A stretch of 64,000 bases of DNA from Acaryochloridaceae cyanobacterium VAR_48_metabat_390 (GTDB lineage Bacteria; Cyanobacteriota; Cyanobacteriia; Thermosynechococcales; Thermosynechococcaceae): positions 32,001 to 96,000 of the forward strand of contig JANPLU010000107.1 of NCBI GenBank assembly GCA_031422435.1, given 5' to 3'. Below, in pieces: positions 11,244-21,804 of this stretch. The notes beneath the pieces were generated by a model, which worked only from the letters and a program-made list of their open reading frames with translations, made no database searches and was not told the origin of the DNA. The translations under genes and the position numbers were made by a program. Every line of letters starts with the position of its first letter. The first letter of the stretch is position 1.

Positions 11244-11922
11244 ACTCTTTCCTTAAAGGCCTTGATCATTCACAGAGACAGGCCATGGCGGCAGATTATG
11301 CCTTAAGAGGCCATGCTTTTAAGCATATCGCTTCATTTTAATTGAGTCGCTAAGCGCGGGACAAAGTCCTGATGTTTAGCAAAATCATCATCAATCGTAA
11401 AGTGAAAAAAATAATCGATGATGGAGACATCATAAAGTTTATGAATCTTCCCTCCCAAGAGTGTAAACACCAAGCTGACACATCTTATTCTAAAGATAGG
11501 CAATATGAAAATTATCTTAATTTTTTCTAAAACTTAGGGCGCCGGAGAAAGCTTTAGACATTATTACGATCAAGTGCCCTCAATCATTGCAGGGATAGAC
11601 TTTTAGGCTATTCTTTCTCAAACGCTTCCAAAGAATCCTAAAAACTCAGAAGCTTTTTTCTTAGATTGATGCCTCACAGATGAAAGAAAAGTTTTAGCAA
11701 ACAGAGTTAACGTATGTATTTTACGATAAAAATAGTTTGTGAATATACTACTAAGGGTCGAGAAAGACGGTACCTCAAGACTGAATTAAATTGAGGTTAC
11801 AGCGCTGACTAGAACAGCCTTAAATGCTCTAGTCTCAAAGACTTTCACTACTGAGTGCCTCTATTGGGCTGTTTCGAGGCTCGTTGGAATGGACTGAAAC
11901 GAAAAAGGGAAATCTTCATCGG

Positions 11923-14900
11923 ATGTCATCTTCACCTTTTGTCAGCGCAACAAACTTCAACGCAGCGATTGTCCGCGACCCTCTCAAGGTGGCGCCCGAC
12001 ACGACTGTAATGGTCGCAATGGCTTTGATGAGCGGAATGCAGCCCAGCAACACTGCCGAGACTGAGGAAGCATGGGAAGATCTACTGTCTGAATTTCGCT
12101 GTAGCTGTGTACTGGTGGTAGAAAATGATCGCCTCCTTGGCCTACTGACAAACCGTGACATGCTGCGCCTGACTGTGCAGGGGAAAGCCTTAGATAGCCT
12201 GAGGGTATCGCAGGTGATGGTACCTCCCGTTCTCACGCTGCAAGAATCTGAGTGCAGCGATGGATTCTCTCTTGAAAGCCGACTCCAGCAACACAACGTT
12301 CGTCATGTCCCTATCCTCGACGACCAGCATCGCGTGGTGGGCCTTCTGATTCCAGAGCGCGTTCAGCACAAGGGAACGTTTTATGAAGCGTTAGCAGCAG
12401 CCTGTCCCGTGGGCATTTTCAGAACCGATACTGCGGGTTGCTGCATCTATGTAAATACGCGCTGGTGTCAGATCGCGGGGCTTCAGGGCGCGGAGGCCAT
12501 GGGCTTTGGTTGGGTAGATGGGCTACATCCTGAAGATCGCGATCGCGTGATGGCAGAATGGACAGCATCCGTCGAGCACAATCGCCCTTTTGAGCTTGAG
12601 TATCGGTTTCAACATGGGGAAGGGCAAACCACATGGGTTTATGGTCAAACCGTTGCAGAGCGAGACTCTACGGGAGAGATTGTGGGCTATGTTGGCACCC
12701 TTACCGATATTAGCGATCGCCAACGAACCAAACATGCGCTTGAGTTTCAGATTGAATTAGATCGCCTGGTTGCAGGCATCTCTAGTCGCTTCATTCAGCA
12801 CTCTTCCCAAGACACCACGGACAGCATTAACCAGGCTTTGCAGGAGATTGGCGAATTTACGCAGGTAGACAGCAGCTATATCTTTCAATACTCTGAGACT
12901 GAGCCTCTCCACAGCATGACCCATGAATGGGCTGCCCCAGGCGTTATGCCTCAGCTACAAAATTGCCAAAATTTACTGCTCAATATGTACCCGTGGGCAA
13001 CCGCTCTTCTCCAGAACGGTGAGATTGTATATGTCTCAAATTCTGACGTGCTGCCGCCAGAAGCGGCGATCGATCAGCAGAGCTTTGAGCAATTTGGTAT
13101 AAGGTCATCCCTGGCTATTCCCCTCATTGCTCAACATCAAGTGAAGGGATTTGTAGGCTTTGTCTCCTTTCAAAAAACACGTCTCTGGTCAGAAGACAAC
13201 ATCCGACTGCTCAAAATTTTTGCCGATATCTTAATGAACACCCTGAAACGGCAGGAGGTGGAAGCCGAATTAAAGACGAGCGAAGAACGCTTACGCCTTG
13301 CGCTAACGGCCACTAATCTAGGACTCTACGATCTCAACCTCAAAACGGGTGAAGCTATCGTGAACCCCGAGTACGCCACGATGTTGGGGTACGACCCCAT
13401 CACCTTTCGAGAAACCAATGCGAAATGGACAGCGCGGCTGCACCCCGAAGATCAAGCGCGTGCTGCCCATGTTTATCAAGCCTATGTTGCGGGGGACATT
13501 CCAGACTATCAAGTGGAGTTTCGACAACGAACCACAAATAACGATTGGAAGTGGATTTTTTCTATCGGCAAAATTGTTGCCTGGGATCAGGAGGGTCAGC
13601 CCTTACGAATGTTGGGTACCCATACCGATATTAGCGATCGCAAGCAGGCAGAACTCAGCCTAAAAGAAGCCAATCAGCAAATCACAGCGATTTGGGAGAG
13701 TATGACGGATGCCTATGCCACCCTAGACCGCGAGTGGCGGGTCACTTATGCCAATCCAGCGGCAACGCAAATCATTCTTGCTCTAACCAACTTAGGAACT
13801 GAAACCTTTCTGGGAAAAAACCACTGGGAGCTTTTCCCCTTTTTAGTCGGAAAAGAGCTTGAACGAGAATATCAACGGGCGCTTGACGAGCAGATTGCGG
13901 CTCATCTAGAACTATTCTATGAACCCAGTGGAAATTGGTTTGAGATTCACGTTTATCCCTCAGTCGCAGGTTTGGGGCTTTACTTTAGAGACATTAGCGA
14001 TCGCAAACAGGCCGAAGCTGAGCACTTACGCGCAGTACACATCCAAGATGAACTTAAGCTGTTCGAGCAAATTCTTGACATTGTTTTAGCAGGATATTGG
14101 GACTCGCATATCCCAAGCAATCAAGAATACTTAAGTCCCGGCTTCAAACAGATGTTCGGCTATCAGGATGAGGAGTTGCCTAACCGACGCGAAACCTGGC
14201 AACGCCTTATTTTTGCAGAGGATTTACCTAGCGTATTGGACTGTTTTGAGCGTCATGTCCAGAGCCACGGAGAAGTGCCCTACTACAACGAAGCGCGATA
14301 TCGACACAAAGATGGCTCAACGGTTTGGGTGATTTGCTGTGGCAAGGTCATTGAGTGGGACACAGCGGGAAATCCTATCCGCATGATTGGCTGCCATATC
14401 GACATTACCGCTCGCAAACTGGCGGAGGCAGACTTAATCCAAAACCGAGATTTACGAGAAGCTATCTTTAATGAGCTAGCAGATGCGCTGTTTTTGGTGG
14501 ATGTAGAAACACTGCTCACCCTAGACTGCAATCAACGGGCAGTAGAACTGTTTGGCGCAGCCGATCGAGCTGAATTGATTGGCATTGAAGGACATACCCT
14601 TCAGCGCTATCAATTTTCTGATGAGGTGTTAGCTGACATTGCCGACCAGATTCAGGTGCAGGGCTTTTGGAGCCAAGAACTTGAGTTTGTGACCCGTCAA
14701 GGCAATTTTTTCTGGGGCAATATTGCTGCTAAGCCCATTGTGGTTGCTGGAAACACGATGAACTTGGTGAGAGTAAGCGATATTAGCGAAGCGAAGCGCA
14801 ACGAAGTTGTTCGCAAACGGGCAGAGACGACCCTTCAGCAAACTGCAATCCAGCTTGCCGCCACCAATCGTGAGTTAGAGTCTTTTTCTTACTCGGTTTC

Positions 14901-15579
14901 CCATGATTTACGCGCCCCGTTGCGTCACTTGAGCGGCTTCGTGAATGCGCTCAGACAACAGCTCGCAAATCATCAGATTCTTGAAGATCAAAAAGTAGCG
15001 CACTACTTAGAGGTGATTGAAGACAGCAGCACCAAGATGGCACAGCTGATTGATGGTCTTCTCTCTCTCTCTCGCATCGGTCGTCGCCCTATGGATTGGC
15101 AACCCGTGTCTCTCCCAGAGTTAGTAGAAACAGCCATTGCCTTGAATCAAACTGAGTTTGACGATCATCGCCCGTCTGTTGAATTTGTCATTGGCGAACT
15201 GCCGATGCTAGTGGGTGATGTAACGCTGCTACAGCAGGTTTTCCAGAACCTCATCGACAACGCCATCAAATTTAGCCGCAATGCCGCCGCCCCTCGCGTT
15301 GAAATTGGCAGTGAGCCAGATGGCACCGTTTGGGTCAAAGATAATGGCGCAGGCTTTCAGATGGAATATGCCGACAAATTATTCAGTGCGTTCCAACGCC
15401 TGCACACCCAGGCTGAATTTGAAGGAACCGGAATTGGTTTAGCCATCGTGCAGCGGATTGTGCAGCGACACGGCGGAACAGTTTGGGCTGAAGGGACTCC
15501 CCACCAAGGTGCAACCTTCTATCTCAAGCTAGGAGCGCAAAATTTTAGTTTGCATCAGGAGCGTAAGCGCGTAAATTAG
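11923..15579 (+). CDS. CBS-PAS-GAF-multi-PAS sensor histidine kinase with a Cph1-like kinase core
   Basis: CBS pair, several PAS/PAC (HPED; DISDRK), H-box SYSVSHDLRAPLR, N box NLIDNAIKF, G boxes DNGAG and GTGIGL. ATG at 11923 preferred over TTG at 11884. Confidence 0.92.
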   Translation: MSSSPFVSATNFNAAIVRDPLKVAPDTTVMVAMALMSGMQPSNTAETEEAWEDLLSEFRCSCVLVVENDRLLGLLTNRDMLRLTVQGKALDSLRVSQVMVPPVLTLQESECSDGFSLESRLQQHNVRHVPILDDQHRVVGLLIPERVQHKGTFYEALAAACPVGIFRTDTAGCCIYVNTRWCQIAGLQGAEAMGFGWVDGLHPEDRDRVMAEWTASVEHNRPFELEYRFQHGEGQTTWVYGQTVAERDSTGEIVGYVGTLTDISDRQRTKHALEFQIELDRLVAGISSRFIQHSSQDTTDSINQALQEIGEFTQVDSSYIFQYSETEPLHSMTHEWAAPGVMPQLQNCQNLLLNMYPWATALLQNGEIVYVSNSDVLPPEAAIDQQSFEQFGIRSSLAIPLIAQHQVKGFVGFVSFQKTRLWSEDNIRLLKIFADILMNTLKRQEVEAELKTSEERLRLALTATNLGLYDLNLKTGEAIVNPEYATMLGYDPITFRETNAKWTARLHPEDQARAAHVYQAYVAGDIPDYQVEFRQRTTNNDWKWIFSIGKIVAWDQEGQPLRMLGTHTDISDRKQAELSLKEANQQITAIWESMTDAYATLDREWRVTYANPAATQIILALTNLGTETFLGKNHWELFPFLVGKELEREYQRALDEQIAAHLELFYEPSGNWFEIHVYPSVAGLGLYFRDISDRKQAEAEHLRAVHIQDELKLFEQILDIVLAGYWDSHIPSNQEYLSPGFKQMFGYQDEELPNRRETWQRLIFAEDLPSVLDCFERHVQSHGEVPYYNEARYRHKDGSTVWVICCGKVIEWDTAGNPIRMIGCHIDITARKLAEADLIQNRDLREAIFNELADALFLVDVETLLTLDCNQRAVELFGAADRAELIGIEGHTLQRYQFSDEVLADIADQIQVQGFWSQELEFVTRQGNFFWGNIAAKPIVVAGNTMNLVRVSDISEAKRNEVVRKRAETTLQQTAIQLAATNRELESFSYSVSHDLRAPLRHLSGFVNALRQQLANHQILEDQKVAHYLEVIEDSSTKMAQLIDGLLSLSRIGRRPMDWQPVSLPELVETAIALNQTEFDDHRPSVEFVIGELPMLVGDVTLLQQVFQNLIDNAIKFSRNAAAPRVEIGSEPDGTVWVKDNGAGFQMEYADKLFSAFQRLHTQAEFEGTGIGLAIVQRIVQRHGGTVWAEGTPHQGATFYLKLGAQNFSLHQERKRVN

Positions 15580-15629
15580 ACCTCTTGCCTCAATTCTATC
15601 CTCCTCATCTGTTTCTATGTAGCAAAAGG

Positions 15630-15710
15630 CCTTACCCTTCTTCCTAATGGGAGAAGGGCTAACTCCAGCGCCCCTCGACCGTTCTAGGCAAGGGGCGGGG
15701 AAAGAGGGTC
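15630..15710. repeat. double-hairpin small dispersed repeat (CCCTTCTCCC/GGGAGAGGG family), copy 1
   Basis: CCCTTCTTCC-TAAT-GGGAGAAGGG and GCCCCT...AGGGGC-GGGGAAAGAGGGTC; similar to the copies at 34159 and 37714. Lies between convergent genes. Confidence 0.65.
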
Positions 15711-15763
15711 ATATTCATGCACAAGGTCTAGTGTTTCATATCTGCTGCTTGCTAAAGGTATGA

Positions 15764-16216
15764 CTACTCTTGAAGCGGCTGCTGATTCAACAGCATCCAG
15801 TAAAACCCAACCTTTCGGCATACTTCGACAAACTGTTGAAAGTCTAAAGGTTTGACGATGTAGCTGTTTACCCCCAATGCATAGCAATCCTGTAAATCCT
15901 GGTTTTCTGCAGAAGACGTCATCACCACTACCACTAAGTTTTTGGTGCGAGGATGACTGCGAATCGCTTCTAAAACCTGAATGCCATTAACTTTAGGTAA
16001 TTTTAGATCTAGCAAGACCATCCGAGGCAATGGTTGCGTGGAGGGTTCACCCTCACGTCCAATCAGATAGTGAATTGCTTCTTCTCCATCGTAAGCAACG
16101 CGCATATCATTGGCAAAATTGTAGTTTTCTAGCGCTAGCTGAATCAGCTCGACATCATTAGGGTCATCTTCAATGAGTAAAAGACTCATTTGCTCCAACT
16201 TTTTTATTTGAGTCAT
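15764..16216 (-). CDS. single-domain response regulator, Rcp1-like
   Basis: LIEDDPND, LLDLKLPKVNG, MTSS, YALGVNSYIVKP. Confidence 0.92.
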   Translation of the reverse strand: MTQIKKLEQMSLLLIEDDPNDVELIQLALENYNFANDMRVAYDGEEAIHYLIGREGEPSTQPLPRMVLLDLKLPKVNGIQVLEAIRSHPRTKNLVVVVMTSSAENQDLQDCYALGVNSYIVKPLDFQQFVEVCRKVGFYWMLLNQQPLQE

Positions 16217-16433
16217 CTTTTTACTCTGCGCTGAAAGGATTTAAAGATAAACTTTCGACCATTTTATTGAGAAATCCTGAAATTGATTGTCTGAAAATGC
16301 TCCGATCCTTTGGGATTAAGAAAAGGTTAGCCTCTCATTAAAGTTAAAGCCTGGTAACAGATGTCTAAAGGTCGAGTGGTAGGATTAAGTCTGAAAACAG
16401 AGCTAAGATCAAGCCCCTATTGAGTTGCAGTGT

Positions 16434-17198
16434 ATGCTGTCCACAATGGAATCCACCTTTAATAAGCCTTCATCAGCGGAGACGTCCACCGGTCATATTT
16501 TGCTGGTTGAAGACGAAGAGACCATTCGAGAAACCATTTCCCTCACCCTCCGCAGCGAGGGCTATTCTGTCGTAACGGCAGCAGACGGGCGCACCGCCCT
16601 GGATCTCATTCGCTCTTATGCTGAGCATCCCCCAAAGGGAGATCTGCCGCCCTTAGACCTTATCATTCTAGACGTCATGCTTCCTGGCATCAATGGCTTA
16701 GATCTGTGCCGTTTTCTGCGTCGTGAAGGTGCAGTGATTCCGGTGCTGATGCTGAGCGCCAAGGGTACAGAAGGCGATCGCGTGGTGGGTTTAGAGGTAG
16801 GTGCAGATGACTACCTGACTAAGCCCTTTGGTATGCGGGAACTCGTGGCTCGGTGTCGTGCCCTCTTACGACGGCAGCGACTGCTCAATAGCGAGTCAGC
16901 CAACGTGATTCGGTGCCGCGATATTGCGCTGTATCCTCAAGAATGTCGGGTAACGGTTCATGACCAGAACGTAAATCTTTCACCAAAGGAATTTCGGATT
17001 CTAGAGCTGTTTATGAGCTATCCCCGTCGCGTATGGCCTCGTGAGCAGCTACTTGAAAAAATCTGGGGACCCGACTTTATTGGCGACAGTAAAACCGTAG
17101 ACGTTCACATCCGCTGGCTGCGTGAGAAGATCGAAAAAGACCCCAGTAACCCTGACTATTTAGTGACGGTTCGCGGGTTTGGGTATCGCTTTGGATAG
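16434..17198 (+). CDS. sphR: OmpR/PhoB-family response regulator, probable SphR (PhoB)
   Basis: Receiver plus winged helix (WGPDFIGDSKTVDVHIRWLREKIE...VTVRGFGYRFG); directly upstream of a PhoR-like kinase. Confidence 0.8.
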   Translation: MLSTMESTFNKPSSAETSTGHILLVEDEETIRETISLTLRSEGYSVVTAADGRTALDLIRSYAEHPPKGDLPPLDLIILDVMLPGINGLDLCRFLRREGAVIPVLMLSAKGTEGDRVVGLEVGADDYLTKPFGMRELVARCRALLRRQRLLNSESANVIRCRDIALYPQECRVTVHDQNVNLSPKEFRILELFMSYPRRVWPREQLLEKIWGPDFIGDSKTVDVHIRWLREKIEKDPSNPDYLVTVRGFGYRFG

Positions 17199-17232
17199 CC
17201 AAGTAGATGATAAATGGGATCACTAAAATGCT

Positions 17233-18597
17233 GTGGTAGCAATCAGCGCGGGGGGGTTAGGGTTTGTCGGCGGACTGTCCGTTGGGTTAGGGCTGTGGTG
17301 TTGGTCTTCAGTGCGATCGCAGCGGCAGTTGAGTCGTCTTGTGCGTCTATTTCCATCCCAGTCCTACAGCGCTACGATGCCTCTCCAGGTGCGGCTGCAA
17401 AAGGCAGTGCAGTTTCAGCAGCAGTCAGAGCAGTCTTTGCACCAGCGTCTGAGCATATGGCAAACCATTTTGCAATCTGCTCCCGTTGGCTACCTTGAGG
17501 TTGACGAAGAAAATCATGTGTACTGGCATAACGCCAAAGCTGCCGTTCTCCTGAATATTGAGCCGCATCGTCATGCCTTCACTCTAAAGCGATCGCTGCT
17601 TCAGATAGTGCGCTCCTATGAGCTAGATCAGCTCATAGAGTCTGTCCGTCAGCATCAAACGCCCCAATGTCAGGATTGGACAGTCCATGCACTTCAACCT
17701 CAACAGCAGACCAAAGATTTGCCCCTGCGCGGATCGGCAATTCCGTTAAAGGAAGGTCACGTTGGCGTATTTTTAGAAGATCGCTGGGAAGCCGTACAGT
17801 TAGGACAAGAACGCGATCGCTGGACATCCGACGTCGCCCACGAGCTAAAAACGCCGCTAACTTCAATTCGCCTCATTGCCGAAACCCTTCAGCCCAGTAT
17901 TGCCCCTTCATTAAAGGGCTGGGTGGATCGGCTGATTCAAGAAACCATGCGGTTGAGCGTTTTGGTACAGGATATTTTAGAGCTGAGCCAGATTACGTTT
18001 CAGAACCCTAATGTCTTAAAGCCGACAGAAGTAGACGTACCCAAGCTGATCCAAAATGCCTGGGTGACGTTAGAGCCATTAGCGCAGCACAAAAACCTGT
18101 CGCTCTACTACGAAGGCCCAGACCATCACTTTTTATGTGCAGATGGCAATCGGCTGCTGCGCGTGTTTCTAAACCTGATCGACAACAGCATTAAATTTAG
18201 TCCGGTGGATGCGGCGATCGCCATTTACCTGCGTCCCAATGTTCAGATTCCAGCCCCCACGAATGCGCAAATCACCCAGGAGTGGGTGCAAATTGACGTC
18301 ATAGACGCAGGTTCAGGATTCCCTGAAGAAAGCCTGAATCACGTCTTTAAGCGATTTTACAGAGCCGATCCGGCGCGGGGTCGTGCAGCATCTGAGGTGT
18401 CCGAAAACCTGCCCACCGGAGGCGGGAGTGGACTGGGACTAGCGATCGCCCATCAAATTATTACAGCCCACGGGGGCACCATTGAGGCCAAAAACCATCC
18501 CCATCAGGGCGGCGCGTGGATCAAAATTTTGCTGCCCAATACGCGCTTAAAAATATCTTCATCAACGCATCAATCGGTACCTGATAAACTACAGTAA
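17233..18597 (+). CDS. sphS: phosphate-sensing histidine kinase, probable SphS (PhoR)
   Basis: One N-terminal TM, PAS-like APVGYLEVDEEN, RSYELDQLI, H-box DVAHELKTPLTSI, FYRAD, GSGLGLAI. Confidence 0.8.
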   Translation: MVAISAGGLGFVGGLSVGLGLWCWSSVRSQRQLSRLVRLFPSQSYSATMPLQVRLQKAVQFQQQSEQSLHQRLSIWQTILQSAPVGYLEVDEENHVYWHNAKAAVLLNIEPHRHAFTLKRSLLQIVRSYELDQLIESVRQHQTPQCQDWTVHALQPQQQTKDLPLRGSAIPLKEGHVGVFLEDRWEAVQLGQERDRWTSDVAHELKTPLTSIRLIAETLQPSIAPSLKGWVDRLIQETMRLSVLVQDILELSQITFQNPNVLKPTEVDVPKLIQNAWVTLEPLAQHKNLSLYYEGPDHHFLCADGNRLLRVFLNLIDNSIKFSPVDAAIAIYLRPNVQIPAPTNAQITQEWVQIDVIDAGSGFPEESLNHVFKRFYRADPARGRAASEVSENLPTGGGSGLGLAIAHQIITAHGGTIEAKNHPHQGGAWIKILLPNTRLKISSSTHQSVPDKLQ

Positions 18598-18648
18598 GGC
18601 GTTGTCGCGCCTTGAACGCTTAATAACCTTCAGTTTGGCGAAGCCGAT

Positions 18649-19167
18649 ATGCCCCGTTCTCAACGCAACGATAACTTTATTGATAAGTCTTTTACAGTCA
18701 TGGCAGACATGATCTTAAAGGTTCTGCCCGCCACCCATCGCCAAAAAGAAGCCTTTGCCTACTATCGTGATGGCATGTCGGCGCAGGGCGATGGCGAATA
18801 TGCCGAAGCCCTCGATAACTACGAAGAAGCCCTCAAGCTAGAGGATGATGATTATGATCGCGGCTATGTTCTCTATAACATGGGGCTAATTTACGCCAGC
18901 AATGGAGACCATACCAAGGCGTTAGAACTTTATCATCAGGCACTTGAGCTGAACGGTCGCCTGTGTCAGGCGCTCAATAACGTTGCCGTCATTTATCACT
19001 ATCAGGGTGAGCAAGCCGCTGAAGAAGGTCGCCCCGATGACGCAGATGAGCTATTTAACCAGGCCGCCGAATACTGGAAACGCGCGATTCGCGTGGCTCC
19101 TAATAACTACATCGAAGCCCAAAATTGGCTAAAGACGACCGGACGCTCCACGATGGATCTGTACTAA
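18649..19167 (+). CDS. ycf3: photosystem I assembly protein Ycf3
   Basis: [18 protein letters not shown] repeats, [10 protein letters not shown]. Confidence 0.98.
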   Translation: MPRSQRNDNFIDKSFTVMADMILKVLPATHRQKEAFAYYRDGMSAQGDGEYAEALDNYEEALKLEDDDYDRGYVLYNMGLIYASNGDHTKALELYHQALELNGRLCQALNNVAVIYHYQGEQAAEEGRPDDADELFNQAAEYWKRAIRVAPNNYIEAQNWLKTTGRSTMDLY

Positions 19168-19179
19168 AAGCACTCTCCC

Positions 19180-19473
19180 ATGATTGATCAAGCCCAAGTT
19201 CATAAAGTCGCTCTGCTGGCGCGTCTTGCGTTAACGCCAGAAGAAGAGATACAGTTTACAACCCAACTCGGCGGCATCTTAGACTACTTTGAGCAGCTCA
19301 GTGAGCTAGACGTCACCCATGTAGCACCGACCACTCGCGCCATTGACGTTAGCAATATTACCCGCGCGGATGATCTGAAGGTTTGGGGCGATCGCGATGC
19401 CATTTTAGACAATGCCCCTGACCAAGACGGTGACTTTTTTAAGGTTCCTAAAATTATGGAAGACGCAAGCTAG
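19180..19473 (+). CDS. gatC: Asp/Glu-tRNA amidotransferase subunit C
   Basis: VALLARL...LDYFEQLSELD...FFKVPKI. Confidence 0.96.
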   Translation: MIDQAQVHKVALLARLALTPEEEIQFTTQLGGILDYFEQLSELDVTHVAPTTRAIDVSNITRADDLKVWGDRDAILDNAPDQDGDFFKVPKIMEDAS

Positions 19474-19488
19474 ATCTAGCGTCTTCCA
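19457..19488 (+). terminator. hairpin spanning the gatC stop codon
   Basis: TGGAAGACGC...GCGTCTTCCA 10-bp inverted repeat; no U tract. Confidence 0.45.
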
Positions 19489-19841
19489 ATAGGGTACTTT
19501 ACTGATTTCAGATTGGGGCACTAACCTTATCTGTAGACAGTCATCTTACTCATTAGTACGGGTAATTGCGGATAGACTATCCGCTCTAGACGTCACAAAA
19601 TCCGTGAATTTCCCCATGTGAAAGTAAGATGCACTGCTCATAATAAAGCTATGAGCAAGTTCATTCTCTCCTCAAGATCTACGATAGAAAGGCAAAATTA
19701 TGTTGTCCTTACTTGAGTCTATTGAAATTCAAACGATCTGTATTTGGGCAATTTGTTTTCTGTTTGGTTTTTACTTCTCCCTTAAAGAATCTCATTAAGG
19801 CTGTGTCTTAATCCTTTAGGGCGCTGCTTTCCTGGTTTTTA

Positions 19842-20180
19842 GTGTCTAACACCATGATTAATGCAACAAGCGCTATTCTTGCTTCAAAACAGTTTTTGTT
19901 AACGAGAGTTTCTTTGAGAGACCTTCTTCAAAGGCTATCTAACCCTGCACTTAATCAAATCAACCTGAATGATCCCCAGACGGCTCGGTTGATTTGTCGC
20001 TTAATTCCTAACAATTGCCCTTTTGAACGCGATGTATTTTTGCTAGGCCGAAAGATAGGCCACATTCCGGCACTATGCAAACTCAACCCTCTCTACGAAC
20101 AGTTTATAGAGCTGCGGTTTAAGGCGTTAACATTTTTGGCTGATGAATGCGGTGAGGATGTGACGCCCTACTGTCAATAG
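19842..20180 (+). CDS. 'Mo-dependent nitrogenase C-terminal' domain protein, function unknown
   Basis: CRLIPNNCPFERD...IPALCKLNPLYEQFIELRFKALTFLADECGED. Start may be ATG 19854. Confidence 0.85.
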   Translation: MSNTMINATSAILASKQFLLTRVSLRDLLQRLSNPALNQINLNDPQTARLICRLIPNNCPFERDVFLLGRKIGHIPALCKLNPLYEQFIELRFKALTFLADECGEDVTPYCQ

Positions 20181-20211
20181 CCAATCCAGTTTTGCGATCT
20201 CTCCTATTGCT

Positions 20212-20245
20212 AATGCTGATGATGTTTACACCATCAGCATTTTTT
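20212..20245 (+). terminator. intrinsic terminator between convergent genes
   Basis: AATGCTGATG...CATCAGCATT followed by a T run. Confidence 0.7.
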
Positions 20246-20255
20246 ATGAGTTGTT

Positions 20256-21248
20256 TTATTTATATTCAATGAGAGCGCTGCGATCGCCCCTCAGTCGATT
20301 GATATGAAACCATAGCTGACCCTGAAGCTCTGGAAACTTTGCCAGCGTACAAAACAACCCGTAGTAAAACGCGACAGATCGACCACATTGGCGACGGGTT
20401 TGTCGATAGGTTTTAAGCATCAGCACAGGATACAGAAGCCCGAGTAAACCACTCCAGAAATGCGTCATAGGCAATAGCACAAAGCTTAAGAGCGGCACCC
20501 CTGCACCCCAGATCCAAATTCGACGGCTTTCTCTTTGCCAAAATCTTTCAGCCTCATGCCGATGGAGCCAGGACACTTCAGCATAGGCATGCCCCCCCCG
20601 AATAGCACGCCGCCACCACTGCGAAAAGTACAGCATCTGGGCATCATGCCAGGTCATGTCTTGATCAATTCGCATAATGCGCCATTTCTGCCGCCGCAGT
20701 CGCAGACACAGTTCGGGTTCTTCCCCTGCAATGAGCTGCTCAGTATAGCCTCCTGCTTTTTGAAACGCGGTAACTCGCATTAGCGCATCGCCGCCGCAGG
20801 CCAAGGCTTCGCCGATGGGCGTATTCCATTCAAGGTCACAAAGGGCATTAAACACAGAAACGTTCGGGAATCGCTCTCGTCGTCGTCCGCACACGACGGC
20901 AATGCTGGAGTCAGCCTGAATCGCGGCTAAAGCGAGATCGAACCACCCTGCCTCTAGCACACAATCTCCATCCACAAACTGGACATAGCCCAGACTGGGA
21001 TAAAGCTCCAGCAGCCTTGCAAAGCCGATATTACGGGCACGAGCAGCGGTAAAGGGGATTGATAAATCTAGCTCAATCACCTTAATTCCCAGAGTTTTTG
21101 CAGACATTACGCTGCCATCCGTAGAGCCAGAATCGACGTAGATTAGGTGCGATGACTGGGCGATCGCAGAATTGAGACAGGCCATGAGGCGATCGCCCTC
21201 ATTCCGTCCAATCACCACAATGCCAAGCCCACTAGATTCACTCGTCAT
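20256..21248 (-). CDS. glycosyltransferase family 2
   Basis: VVIGRNEG, VDSGSTDGS, ARARNIG, FVDGD, GEEPEL; C-terminal TM segments. Confidence 0.9.
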   Translation of the reverse strand: MTSESSGLGIVVIGRNEGDRLMACLNSAIAQSSHLIYVDSGSTDGSVMSAKTLGIKVIELDLSIPFTAARARNIGFARLLELYPSLGYVQFVDGDCVLEAGWFDLALAAIQADSSIAVVCGRRRERFPNVSVFNALCDLEWNTPIGEALACGGDALMRVTAFQKAGGYTEQLIAGEEPELCLRLRRQKWRIMRIDQDMTWHDAQMLYFSQWWRRAIRGGHAYAEVSWLHRHEAERFWQRESRRIWIWGAGVPLLSFVLLPMTHFWSGLLGLLYPVLMLKTYRQTRRQCGRSVAFYYGLFCTLAKFPELQGQLWFHINRLRGDRSALIEYK

Positions 21249-21804
21249 TGCGCGACCATTCCTGCGACTTTAAAATCCGAGCCGGAATACCCACCGCCGT
21301 CTGACCTGCACCAATATCAGTCAACACAACGGCATTAGCGCCAATATTGACATCATCCCCCAGGATAACGCCGCCCAAAATCTTAGCCCCTGCCCCCACA
21401 TTGACCCGATTGCCCAAGGTTGGAGCCTCTAGGGGACGATCTAAATAACGATTGCCCAGCGTAACGCCCTGACGCACAATGCAGTCATCTCCAATGCGAC
21501 AGTGACCGTGAATGACGATCGCACTCTGATGCTCAATCACAACGCGACGGCCTACCTGCACCGTATAGGGTAAGTCAATGCCGTAGCCATTGCGAACCTT
21601 ACGATAAATGGCTTTGTACAGCACACTGAGGGGCGCACGCAGCGCCTTGGGCTGCACCTGCATCCGCCAAACCCCAAACCGATGAGCTGCCACTGCCCGA
21701 AATCCTGGCTTTGTCCAGTCTCGCCCATGAGCCACCCAATCTTCCTGGATTTGCGCCCATAGCCCCAGCCTTGCGTGAGAGGAATCCGTCACGACAGCCC
21801 TCAT
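21238..21804 (-). CDS. serine O-acetyltransferase-like hexapeptide acyltransferase (WcaB-like, probably polysaccharide-related)
   Basis: Left-handed beta-helix repeats (VRQGVTLG, VNVGAGAKILG, IGANAVV, VGIPAR); overlaps both flanking GT2 genes. Confidence 0.85.
   Translation of the reverse strand: MRAVVTDSSHARLGLWAQIQEDWVAHGRDWTKPGFRAVAAHRFGVWRMQVQPKALRAPLSVLYKAIYRKVRNGYGIDLPYTVQVGRRVVIEHQSAIVIHGHCRIGDDCIVRQGVTLGNRYLDRPLEAPTLGNRVNVGAGAKILGGVILGDDVNIGANAVVLTDIGAGQTAVGIPARILKSQEWSRNDE

Noticed and set aside
16217..16433. Pho boxes upstream of sphR
   Set aside because: TTAA-containing half-sites exist but not as clear CTTAACCT-like repeats with an 11-bp period.
19842..20180. Nitrogen fixation gene
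   Set aside because: The domain name is historical. No nif genes are present, and the family also occurs in non-diazotrophs.
21238..21804. cysE (cysteine biosynthesis)
   Set aside because: It is short, lacks the CysE N-terminal domain and is coupled to two GT2 genes, so a polysaccharide acyltransferase is more likely.
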